64,000 bases of DNA from assembly GCF_006345805.1 (NCBI RefSeq), contig NC_043022.1:17670001-17734000 (forward strand), written 5' to 3'. A model generated the notes under the pieces. The model was not told the DNA's origin. It ran no database searches and saw only the letters and a program-made list of their open reading frames with translations. Position numbers and translations under genes: made by a program. Origin of the DNA: Octopus sinensis. Lineage: Eukaryota. Shown piece by piece: positions 11,144 through 23,100 of this stretch (the stretch's first letter is position 1; every line of letters starts with the position of its first letter).

Positions 11144-14100
11144 CCCGAGCTAAGGCTCACGTGCCAAGGCTCCCGTACCAAGGCTCCCGAGCCAAGGCTC
11201 CTGTGCCAAGGCTCCCGTGCCAAGGTTCCCGGGCCAAGGCTACCTTGCCAAGGATCCCGAGCCAAGGCTCCCGTGCCAAGGCTCCCGTGCGAAGGCTCCC
11301 GTGCCAAGGTTGCCGGGCCAAGGCTTCCTTGCCAAGGATCCCGAGCCAAGGCTCCCGTGCCAAGGCTCCCGTGCCAAGAATCCCGTGCCAAGGCTCCCGT
11401 GTCAAGGATCCCGTGCCAAGGCTCCCGAGCCAAGGCTCCCGTGCCGAGGCTCCCGGGCCAAGGCTCCCATGCCAAGGCTCCCGTGCCAAGGCTCCCGTGC
11501 CAAGGCTCCCGTGCCAAGGCTCCCGAGCCAAGGCTCCCGTGCCAAGGCTCCCGTGCCAAGGCTCCCGGGCCAAGGCTTCCGTGCCAAGGCTCCCGTGCCA
11601 AGGCTAAAGTTCCAAGGCTCCCGTGCCAAGGCTCCCGTGCCAAGGCTCACGTGCCAAGGCTTCCAGGCCAAAGCTCCCGTGCCAAGGCTCCCGTGCTAAG
11701 GCTCCCGTGCCAAGGCTCCCGTGTCAAGCCTCCCGATCCAAGGCTCCCGTGCCAAAGCTCCCGTGCCAAGGCTCCCGGGCCAAGGCTCCCGTGCCAAGGC
11801 ACCCGTGCCAAGGCTCCCGTTCCAAGGCTCCCATGCCAAGGCTTCCGGGCCTAGGCTTCGTTGCCAAGGATCCCGAGCCAAGGCTCCCGTGCCAAGGCTC
11901 CTGTTCCAAGGCTCCCGTGCCAAGGCTTCCGGGCCAAGGCTCCCGTGCCAAGGCTCCCGTTCCAAGGCTCCCGTGCCAAGGCTCCCGGGCCAAGGCTCCC
12001 GTGCCAAGGCTCCCGTGCCAAGGCTCCCGTGCAAAGGCTCCCGTGCCAAGGCTTCCGTGCCAAGGCTTCCGGGCCAAGGCTTCCTTGCCAAGAATCCCGA
12101 GCCAAGGCTCCCGTGCCAAGAATCCCGTGCCAAGGCTCCCATGTCAAGGATCCCGTGCCAAAACACCGTGCCAAGGCCCCGAGCCAAGGCTCCTGTGCCA
12201 AGGATGCCGAGCCAAGGCTCCCGTGCCAAGGCTCCCGGGCAAAGGCTCCTGGGCCAAGGCTCCCGTGCCAAGGCTCCCGTGCCAAGGCTCCCGTGCGAAG
12301 GCTCCCGTGCGAAGGCTCCCGTGCCAAGGCTCCCGTACCAAGGTTCCCATGCCAAGGTTCCCGTGCCAAGGCTCCCGTACCAAGGCTCCCGTGCCAAGGC
12401 TCCCGGGTCAAGGCTCCCGTGCGAAGGCTCCCGTGCGAAGGCTCCCGTGCCAAGGTTCCCGTGCCAAGGCTCCCGTGCCAAGGCTCCCGTGCCAAGGCTC
12501 CCGGGCCAAGGCTCCCAGGCCAAGGCTCCCGTGCCAAGGCTCCCGTCTCAAGGATTCCGAGCCAAGGCTCCCGTGCCAAGGATCCGGAGCCAAGGCTACC
12601 GGGCCAAGGCTCCTGTCTCAAGGATTCCCAGCCATAGCTCCCGTGCCAAGGATCCCGAGCCAAGGCTTCAGTGCCAAGGCTCCCGGGCAAAGGCTCCCGG
12701 GCCAAGGCTCCCGTGCCAAGGCTCCCGGGCCAAGGCTCCCGTGCCAAGGTTCCCGTGCCAAGGCTCCCGTGCCAAGGCTCCCATACCAAGGCTCCCATGC
12801 CAAGGTTCCCGTGCCAAGGCTCCCGTCTCAAGGCTCCCGTGCCAAGGCTCCCGTGCTAAGGCTCCCGTGCCAAGGCTCCCGTCTCAAGGATTCCGAGCCA
12901 AGGCTCCCGTGCCAAGGATCCGGAGCCAAGGCTACCGGGCCAAGGCTCCCGGACCAAGGCTCCTGTCTCAAGGATTCCGAGCCATAGCTCCCGTGCCAAG
13001 GATCCCGAGCCAAGGCTTCAGTGCCAAGGCTCCCGGGCAAAGGCTCCCGGGCCAAGGCTCCCGTGCCAAGGCTCCCGGGCAAGGCTACTGTGCCAAGGTC
13101 CCCGTGCCAAGGCTCCCGTGCCAAGGCTCCCGTACCAAGGCTCCCATGCCAAGGTTCCCGTGCCAAGGCTCCCGTCTCAAGGCTCCCGTGCCAAGGCTCC
13201 CGAGCTAAGGCTCCCGTGCCAAGGCTCCCGTACCAAGGCTCCCGTGCCAAGGCTCCCGTGCCAAGGCTCCCGTGCCAAGGCTCCCATGCCAAGGCTCCCG
13301 TGCCAAGGCTTCCGGGCCAAGGCTTCCTTGCCAAGGATCCCGAGCCAAGGCTCCTGTGCCAAGGATCCCGGGCCAAGGCTCCCGGGCCAAGGCTCCTGTG
13401 CCAAGGCTCCCGGGCCAAGGCTCCCGGGGCAGGGCTCCCGGGCCAAGTTCCCGTGCCAAGGCTCCCGTACCAAGGATCCCGGGCCAAGGCTCCCGTGCCA
13501 AGGCTTCCGTTCCAAGGCTCCCATGCCAAGGCTCCCGTACCAAGGCTCCCGTGCCAAGGCTCCGTGCCAAGGCTCCCGAGCCAAGGCTCCCGTGCCAAGG
13601 CTCCCGGGCCAAGGCTCCCGTCTCAAGGATTCCGAGCCAAGGCTCCCGTGCCAAGGATCCGGAGCCAAGGCTCCCGTGCCAAGGCTCCCGGGCAAAGGCT
13701 CCCGGGCCAAGGCTGCCAGGCCAAGGCGCCCGGGCCAAGGCTCCCGTGCCAAGGATCCCGAGCCAAGGCTCCTGTGCCAAGGATCCCGGGCAAGGCTCCC
13801 GTCTCAAGGCTCCCGTGCCAAGGCTCCCGTGCCAAGGCTCCCGTCTCAAGGCTCCCGTGCCAAGGCTCCCGTTCCAAGGCTCCCATGCCAAGGCTCCCGT
13901 GCCAAGGATCCCGTGCCAAGGCTCCCGTTCCAAGGCTCCCGAGCCAAGGCTCCCGTGCCAAGTCTCCGTGCCAAGGCTCCCGAGCCAAGGCTCCCGGGCC
14001 AAGGCTCCCGTCTCAAGGATTCCGAGCCAAGGCTCCCGTGCCAAGGATCCCGAGCCAAGGCTCCCGTGCCAAGGCTCATGGGCCTAGGCTCCAGTGCCAA

Positions 14101-17100
14101 GGCTCCCGTGCCAAGGCTCCCGTACCAAGGCTCCCATGCCAAGGTTCCCGTGCCAAGGCTCCCGTCTCAAGGCTCCCGTGCCAAGGCTCCCGTGCCAAGG
14201 CTCCCGTGCCAAGGCTTCCGGGCCAAGGCTCCCGTGCCAAGGCTCCCGTTCCAAGGCTCCCGTGCCAAGGCTCCCGGGCCAAGGCTCCCGGGCCAAGGCT
14301 CCCGTGCCAAGGCTCCCATGCCAAGGCTCCCGTGCCAAGGCTTCCGGGCCAAGGCTTCCTTGTCAAGGATCCCGGGTCAAGGCTCCCATGCCAAGGCTCC
14401 CGTGCCAAGGCTCCCGTGCCAAGGCTCCCATGCCAAGGCTCCCGTGCCAAGGCTTCCGGGCCAAGGCTTCCTTGCCAAGGCTCCCGTGCCAAGAATCCCG
14501 TGCCAAGGATCCCGAGCCAAGGCTCCCGTGCCAAGGCTCCCGAGCAAAGGCTCCCGGGCCAAGGCTCTCGTGCCAAGGTTCCTGTGCCATGGCTCCCGTG
14601 CCATGGCTCCCGTGCCAAGGCTCCCGGGCCAAGGCTAACGGGCCAAGGCTCCCGTGCCAAGGCTCCCGTGCCAAGGCTCCCATATCAAGGAGTCCGAGCC
14701 AAGGCTCCCGTGCCAAGGATCCGGAGCAGAGGCTCCCGTGCCAAGGCTCTCGGGCCAAGGCTCCCGGGCCAAGGCTCCCGGGCCAAGGCTAACGGGCCAA
14801 GGCTCCCGTGCCAAGGCTCCCGGGCCAAGGCTCCCGTCTCAAGGATTCCGAGCCAAGGCTCCCGTGCCAAGGCTCCCGGGCCAAAGTTCCCGTGCCAAGG
14901 CTCCCGGGCAAAGGCTCCCGTGCCAAGGCTCCTGGGCCAAGGCTCCCGTGCCAAGGTTCCCGTGCCAAGGCTCCCGTGCCAAGGCTCCCGTGCCAAGGCT
15001 CCCGTGCCAAGGATCCCGAGCCAAGGCTCCTGTGCCAAGGATCCCTGGCGATGGCTCCCGGGCCAAGGATCCCGTGCCAAGGCTCCCGTTCCAAGGCTCC
15101 CGGGCCAAGGCTCCCGGGCCAAGGCTCCCGTGCCAAGGATCCCGAGCCAAGGCTCCAGTGCCAAGGATCCCGGGCCAAGGCTCCCGGGCCAAGGCTCCCG
15201 TGCCAAGGCTCCCGTGCCAAGGCTCCCGGGCCAAGGCTCCCGGGCCAAGGCTCCCGTGCCAAGGCTCCCGTGCCAAGGCTCCCGTTCCAAGGCTCCCATG
15301 CCAAGGCTCCTGTGCCAAGGCTCCCAGGCCAAGGCTCCCGTGCCAAGACTCCCGTGCCAAGGCTCCCAGGCCAAGGCTCCCGTGCCAGGGCTCCCGGGCC
15401 AAGTTCCTGTGCCAAGGCTCCCGTACGAAGGCTCCCGGGCCATGGCTCCCGTGCCAAGTCTCCCGGGCCAAGGCTCCCGTGCCAAGACTCCCGTGCCAAG
15501 GCTCCCAGGCCAAGGCTCCCGTGCCAAGGCTCCCGTGCCAAGGATCCTGTGCCAAGGCTCCCGTTCCAAGGCTCCCGAGCCAAGGCTCCCGTGCCAAGGC
15601 TCCGTGCCAAGGCTCCCGAGCCAAGGCTCCCGTGCCAAGGCTCCCGTTCTAAGGCTCCCGTGCCAAGGCTCCCGTGCCAAGGCTCCCGGGCCAAGGTGCT
15701 GTGCCAAGGCTCCTGGGCCAAGGCTCCCGTGCCAAGGCTCCCGTGCCAAGGCTCCCATGCCAAGGCTCCCGGGCCAAGGCTCCCGTGCCAAGACTCCCGT
15801 GCCAAGGCTCCCAGGCCAAGGCTCCCCTGCCAAGGCTCCCGTGCCAAGGCTCCCATGCCAAGGCTCCCGGGCCAAGGCTCCCGTGCCAAGACTCCCGTGC
15901 CAAGGCTCCCAGGCCAAGGCTCCCATTCCAAGGCTCCCGAGCCAAGGCTCCCGTGCCAAGGCTCCTGTGCCAAGGTTCCCATGCCAAGGCTCCCATGCCA
16001 AGGTTTCCGGGCCAAGTCTCCCGTGCCAAGGCTCACGGGCCAAGGCTCCCGTGCCAAGGCTCCCGTGCCAAGGCTCCCGTGCCATTGCTCCCGGACCAAG
16101 GCTCCCGGGCCAAGGCTCCCGTGCCAAGGATCCCGAGCCAAGGCTCCTGTGCCAAGGATCCCTGGCCATGGCTCCCGGGCCAAGGCTCCCGTGCCAAGGC
16201 TCCCGTGCCAAGGCTCCCGGTCCAAGGCTCCCGTGCCAAGGCTCCTGTGCCAAGGCTCCCGTGCCAGGGCTCCCGGCCAAGTTCCCGTGCCAAGGCTCCC
16301 GTATCAAGGCTCCCGTGCCAAGGCTCCCGTGCTAAGGCTCCCGTGCCAAGGCTTCCGTACCAAGGCTCCCGTGCCAAGGCTCCCGGGTCAAGGCTCCCGT
16401 GCCAAGGCTCCCGAGCCAAGGCTCCCAGGCCAAGGCTCCCGTGCCAAGGTTCCCGTGCCATGGCTCCCGTGCCAAGACTCCCGTGCCAAGGCTCCCGGGC
16501 CAAGGCTCCCGGGCCAAGGCTCCCGTGCCAAGGCTCCCGTATCAAGGATTCCGAGCCAAGGCTCCCGTGCCAAGGATCCGGCGCAGAGGCTCCCGTGCCA
16601 AGGCTCCCGGGCCAAGGCTCCCGGGCCAAGGCTCCTGGGCCAAGGCTCCCGGGCCAAGGCACCCGGGCCAAGTCTCCCGTGCCAGGGATCCCGAGCAAAG
16701 GCTCCTGTGCCAAGGATCCCGGGCCAAGGCTCCTGTGCCAAGGCTCCCGGGCCAAGGCTCCCGTGCCAAGGCTCCCGTGCCAAGGTTCCCGGGCCAAGGC
16801 TCCCGGGCTAAGGCTCCCGTGCCAAGGCTCCTGTGCCAAGGCTCCCGTGCCAAGGCTCCCGGGCCAAGTTCCCGTTCCAAGGCTCCCGTACCAAGGCTCC
16901 CGAGCGAAGGCTCCCGTGCCAAGGCTCCTGTTCCAAGGCTCCCATGCCAAGGCTCCCGTGCCAAGGCTCCCGGGCCAAGGCTCCCGTGCCAAGGCTCCCG
17001 GGCCAAGGCTCTGTGCCAAGGCTCCCGTGCCAAGGCTCCCGGGCAAAGGCTCCCGGGCCAAGGCTCCCGTCTCAAGGATTCCAAGCCAAGGCTCCCGTGC

Positions 17101-20100
17101 CAAGGCTCCCGGGCCAAAGCTCCCGTGCCAAGGCTCCCGGGCAAAGGCTCCCGGGCCAAGGCTCCCGTGCCAAGGCTCCTGGGCCAAGGCTCCCGTGCCA
17201 AGGTTCCTGTGCCAAGGCTCCCGTGCCAAGGCTCCCGTGCCAAGGCTCCCGTGCCAAGGCTCCAGTACCAAGGCTCCCGTGCCAAGGCTCCCATGCCAAG
17301 GCTCCCGTGCCAAGGATCCCGTGCCAAGGCTCCCGTTCCAAGGCTCCCGGGCCAAGGCTCCCGGGCCAAGGCTCCCGTGCCAAGTATCCCGAGCCAAGGC
17401 TCCTGTGCCAAGGATCCCATGCCAAGGCTCCTGTGCCAAGGCTCCCAGGCCAAGGCTCCCGTGCCAAGACTCCCGTGCCAAGGCTCCCAGGCCAAGGCTC
17501 CCGTGCCAGGGCTCCCGGGCCAAGTTCCCGTGCCAAGGCTCCCGTACGAAGGCTCCCGGGCCATGGCTCCCGTGCCAAGTCTCCCGGGCCAAGGCTCCCG
17601 TGCCAAGACTCCCATGCCAAGGCTCCCAGGCCAAGGCTCCTGTGCCAAGGCTCCCGTGCCAAGGATCCTGTGCCAAGGCTCCCGTTACAAGGCTCCCGAG
17701 CCAAGGCTCCTGTGCCAAGGCTCCGTGCCAAGGCTCCCGAGCCAAGGCTCCCGTGCCAAGGCTCCCGTTCTAAGGCTCCCGTGCCAAGGCTCCCGTGCCA
17801 AGGCTCCCGTGCCAAGGCTCCCATGCCAAGGCTCCCGGGCCAAGGCTCCCGTGCCAAGACTCCCGTGCCAAGGCTCCCAGGCCAAGGCTCCCGTTCCAAG
17901 GCTCCCGAGCCAAGGCTCCCGTGCCAAGGCTCCCGTGCCAAGGCTCCCATGCCAAGGCTCCCATGCCAAGGCTTCCGGGCCAAGTCTCCCGTGCCAAGGC
18001 TCACGGGCCAAGGCTCCCGTGCCAAGGCTCCCGTGCCATTGCTCCCGGGCCAAGGCTCCCGGGCCAAGGCTCCCGTGCCAAGGATCCCGAGCCAAGGCTC
18101 CTGTGCCAAGGATCCCTGGCCATGGCTCCCGGGCCAAGGCTCCTGTGCCAAGGCTCCCGTGCCAAGGCTCCCGGGCCAAGGCTCCCGTGCCAAGGCTCCT
18201 GTGCCAAGGCTCCCGTGCCAGGGCTCCCGGGCCAAGTTCCCGTGCCAAGGCTCCCGTATCAAGGCTCCCGGGCCAAGGCTCCCGTGCCAAGGCTCCCGTT
18301 CCAAGGCTCCCATGCCAAGGCTCCCGTGCCAAGGCTCCCGGGCCAAGGCTCCCGTGCCAAGGCTCACGGGCCAAGGCTCCCGTGCCAAGGCTCCCGTGCC
18401 AAGGCTCCCATGCCAAGGCTCCCGGGCCAAGGCTCCCGTGCCAAGACTCACGTGCCAAGGCTCCCAGGCCAAGGCTCCCGTGCCAAGGCTCCCGTGCCAA
18501 GTTCCCGTGCCAAGGCTCCCGTATCAAGGCTCCCGGGCCAAGGCTCCCGTGCCAAGGCTCCCGTGCCAAGGATCCGGAGCAGAGGCTCCCGTGCCAAGGC
18601 TCCCGGGCCAAGGCTCCCGGGCCAAGGCTCCCGGGCCAAGGCACCCGGGCCAAGGCTCCCGTGCCAGGGATCCCGAGCAAAGGCTCCTGTGCCAAGGATC
18701 CCGGGCCAAGGCTCCTGTGCCAAGGCTCCCGGGCCAAGGCTCCCGTGGCAAGGCTCCCGTGCCAAGGTTCCCGGGCCAAGGCTCCCGGGCTAAGGCTCCC
18801 GTGCCAAGGCTCCTGTGCCAAGGCTCCTGTGCCAAGGCTCCCGGGCCAAGTTCCCGTTCCAAGGCTCCCGTACCAAGGCTCCCGGGCGAAGGCTCCCGTG
18901 CCAAGGCTCCTGTTCCAAGGCTCCCATGCCAAGGCTCCCGTGCCAAGGCTCCCGGGCCAAGGCTCCCGTGCCAAGGCTCCCGGGCCAAGGCTCCGTGCCA
19001 AGGCTCCCGTGCCAAGTCTCCCGGGCCAAGGCTCCCGTGCCAAGACTCCCATGCCAAGGCTCCCAGGCCAAGGCTCCCGTGCCAAGGCTCCCGTGCCAAG
19101 GATCCTGTGCCAAGGCTCCCGTTACAAGGCTCCCGAGCCAAGGCTCCTGTGCCAAGGCTCCGTGCCAAGGCTCCCGAGCCAAGGCTCCCGTGCCAAGGCT
19201 CCCGTTCCAAGGCTCCCGTGCCAAGGCTCCCGTGCCAAGGCTCCCGTGCCAAGGCTCCCATGCCAAGGCTCCCGGGCCAAGGCTCCCGTGCCAAGACTCC
19301 CGTGCCAAGGCTCCCAGGCCAAGGCTCCCGTTCCAAGGCTCCCGAGCCAAGGCTCCCGTGCCAAGGCTCCCGTGCCAAGGCTCCCATGCCAAGGCTCCCA
19401 TGCCAAGGCTTCCGGCCAAGTCTCCCGTGCCAAGGCTCACGGGCCAAGGCTCCCGTGCCAAGGCTCCCGTGCCATTGCTCCCGGGCCAAGGCTCCCGGGC
19501 CAAGGCTCCCGTGCCAAGGATCCCGAGCCAAGGCTCCTGTGCCAAGGATCCCTGGCCATGGCTCCCGGGCCAAGGCTCCTGTGCCAAGGCTCCCGTGCCA
19601 AGGCTCCCGGGCCAAGGCTCCCGTGCCAAGGCTCCTGTGCCAAGGCTCCCGTGCCAGGGCTCCCGGGCCAAGTTCCCGTGCCAAGGCTCCCGTATCAAGG
19701 CTCCCGGGCCAAGGCTCCCGTGCCAAGGCTCCCGTTCCAAGGCTCCCATGCCAAGGCTTCCGTGCCAAGGCTCCCGGGCCAAGGCTCCCGTGCCAAGGCT
19801 CACGGGCCAAGGCTCCCGTGCCAAGGCTCCCGTGCCAAGGCTCCCATGCCAAGGCTCCCGGGCCAAGGCTCCCGTGCCAAGACTCCCGTGCCAAGGCTCC
19901 CAGGCCAAGGCTCCCGTGCCAAGGCTCCCGTGCCAAGTTCCCGTGCCAAGGCTCCCGTATCAAGGCTCCCGGGCCAAGGCTCCCGTGCCAAGGCTCCCGT
20001 GCCAAGGATCCGGAGCAGAGGCTCCCGTGCCAAGGCTCCCGGGCCAAGGCTCCCGGGCCAAGGCTCCCGGGCCAAGGCTCCCGGGCCAAGGCACCCGGGC

Positions 20101-23100
20101 CAAGGCTCCCGTGCCAGGGATCCCGAGCAAAGGCTCCTGTGCCAAGGATCCCGGGCCAAGGCTCCTGTGCCAAGGCTCCCGGGCCAAGGCTCCCGTGCCA
20201 AGGCTCCCGTGCCAAGGTTCCCGGGCCAAGGCTCCCGGGCTAAGGCTCCCGTGCCAAGGCTCCTGTGCCAAGGCTCCTGTGCCAAGGCTCCCGGGCCAAG
20301 TTCCCGTTCCAAGGCTCCCGTACCAAGGCTCCCGGGCGAAGGCTCCCGTGCCAAGGCTCCTGTTCCAAGGCTCCCATGCCAAGGCTCCCGTGCCAAGGCT
20401 CCCGGGCCAAGGCTCCCGTGCCAAGGCTCCCGGGCCAAGGCTCCGTGCCAAGGCTCCCGAGCCAAGGCTCCCGTGCCAAGGCTCCCGGGCAAGGCTCCCG
20501 GGCCAAGGCTCCCGTCTCAAGGATTCCGATCCAAGGCTCCCGTGCCAAGGCTCCCGGGCCAAAGCTCCCGTGCCAAGGCTCCCGGGCCAAGGCTCCCGGG
20601 CCAAGGCTCCCGTGCCAAGGCTCCTGGGCCAAGGCTCCCGTGCCAAGGTTCCCGTGCCAAGGCTCCCGTGCCAAGGCTCCCGTGCCAAGGCTCCCGTGCC
20701 AAGGCTCCAGTACCAAGGCTCCCGTGCCAAGGCTCCCATGCCAAGGCTCCCGTGCCAAGGATCCCGTGCCAAGGCTCCCGTTCCAAGGCTCCCGGGCCAA
20801 GGCTCCCGGGCCAAGGCTCCCGTGCCAAGGATCCCGAGCCAAGGCTCCAGTGCCAAGGATCCCGGGCCAAGGCTCCCGGGCCAAGGCTCCCGTGCCAAGG
20901 CTCCCGTGCCAAGGCTCCCGGGCCAAGGCTCCCGGGCCAAGGCTCCCGTGCCAAGGCTCCCGTGCCAAGGCTCCCGTTCCAAGGCTCCCATGCCAAGGCT
21001 CCTGTGCCAAGCCTCCCAGGCCAAGGCTCCCGTGCCAAGACTCCCGTGCCAAGGCTCCCAGGCCAAGGCTCCCGTGCCAGGGCTCCCGGGCCAAGTTCCC
21101 GTGCCAAGGCTCCCGTACGAAGGCTCCCGGGCCATGGCTCCCGTGCCAAGTCTCCCGGGCCAAGGCTCCCGTGCCAAGACTCCCGTGCCAAGGCTCCCAG
21201 GCCAGGCTCCCGTGCCAAGGCTCCCGTGCCAAGGATCCTGTGCCAAGGCTCCCGTTCCAAGGCTCCCGAGCCAAGGCTCCCGTGCCAAGGCTCCGTGCCA
21301 AGGCTCCCGTGCCAAGCTCCCGTTCTAAGGCTCCCGTGCTAAGGCTCCCGTGCCAAGGCTCCCGGGCCAAGGTGCCGTGCCAAGGCTCCCGTGCCATTGC
21401 TCCCGGGCCAAGGCTCCCGGGCCAAGGCTCCCGTGCCAAGGATCCCGAGCCAAGGCTCCTGTGCCAGGCTCCCGTGCCAAGGCCCCGGGCCAAGGCTCCT
21501 GTGCCAAGGCTCCCGTGCCAAGGCTCCCGGGCCAAGGCTCCCGTTCCAAGGCTCCTGTGCCAAGGCTCCCGTGCCAGGCTCCCGGGCCAAGTTCCGTGCC
21601 AAGGCTCCCGTATCAAGGCTCCCGGGCAAGGCTCCGTGCCAAGGCTCCCGTTCCAAGGCTCCCATGCCAAGGCTTCCGTGCCAAGGCTCCCGGGCCAAGG
21701 CTCCCGTGCCAAGGCTCACGGGCCAAGGCTCCCGTGCCAAGGCTCCCGTGCCAAGGCTCCCGTGCCAAGGCTCCGGGCCAAGGCTCCCGTGCCAAGACTC
21801 CCGTGCCAAGGCTCCCAGGCCAAGGCTCCCGTGCCAAGGCTCCCGTGCCAAGTCCCGTGCCAAGGCTCCCGTATCAAGGCTCCCGGGCCAAGGCTCCCGT
21901 GCCAAGGCTCCCGTGCCAAGGCTCCGGGCCAAGGCTCCGTGCCAAGGCTCCCGGGCCAAGGCTCCCGGCCAAGGCTCCCGGGCCAAGGCTCCCGGGCCAA
22001 GGCACCCGGGCCAAGGCTCCCGTGCCAGGGATCCCGAGCCAAGGCTCCTGTGCCAAGGATCCCGGGCCAAGGCTCTGTGCCAAGGCTCCCGGGCCAAGGC
22101 TCCCGTGCCAAGGCTCCCGTGCCAAGGTTCCCGGGCCAGGCTCCCGGGCTAAGGCTCCCGGCCAAGGCTCCTGCCAAGGCTCCCGTGCCAAGGATCCCGA
22201 GCAAGGCTCCCTTGCCAAGGCTCCCTGGCCAAGGCTCCCGGCCAAGGCTCCCGGGCCAAGGCTCCCGGGCCAAGGCTCCCGTGCCAAGGCTCCCGAGCGA
22301 AGGCTCCCGTGCCAAGGTTCCCGTGCCAAGCTCCCGTGCCAAGGCTCCCTGCCAAGGCTCCCGGGTCAAGGCTCCCGTGCCAAGGTTCCCGGGCCAAGGC
22401 TCCCTGGCCAAGGCTCCCGGCCAAGCTCCCGTGCCAAGGATCCTGAGCCAAGGCTCCCGGCCAAGGCTCCCGTTCCAAGGCTCCCGTACAAGGCTCCCGT
22501 GCCAAGGCTCCCGTGCCAAGGCTCCTGTTCCAAGGCTCCCGGCCAAGGCTCCCGTGCCAAGGCTCCCGGCCAAGGTTCCCGTGCCAAGCTCCCGGGCCAA
22601 GGCTCCCGGCCAGGCTCCCGTGCCAAGTCTCCCGGCCAAGGCTCCCGGCCAAGGCTCCCGTGCCAAGACTCCCATGCCAAGGCTCCCGGGCCAAGGCTCC
22701 CGTGCCAAGGCTCCCGTGCCAAGGATCCTGTGCCAAGGCTCCCGTTACAAGGCTCCCGAGCCAAGGCTCCTGTGCCAAGGCTCCGTGCCAAGGCTCCCTC
22801 CCGAGCCAAGGCTCCCGTGCCAAGGCTCCCGTTCTAAGGCTCCCGTGCCAAGGCTCCCGTGCCAAGGCTCCCGTGCCAAGGCTCCCATGCCAAGGCTCCC
22901 GGGCCAAGGCTCCCGTGCCAAGACTCCCGTGCCAAGGCTCCCAGGCCAAGGCTCCCGTTCCAAGGCTCCCGAGCCAAGGCTCCCGTGCCAAGGCTCCCGT
23001 GCCAAGGCTCCCATGCCAAGGCTCCCATGCCAAGGCTTCCGGGCCAAGTCTCCCGTGCCAAGGCTCACGGGCCAAGGCTCCCGTGCCAAGGCTCCCGTGC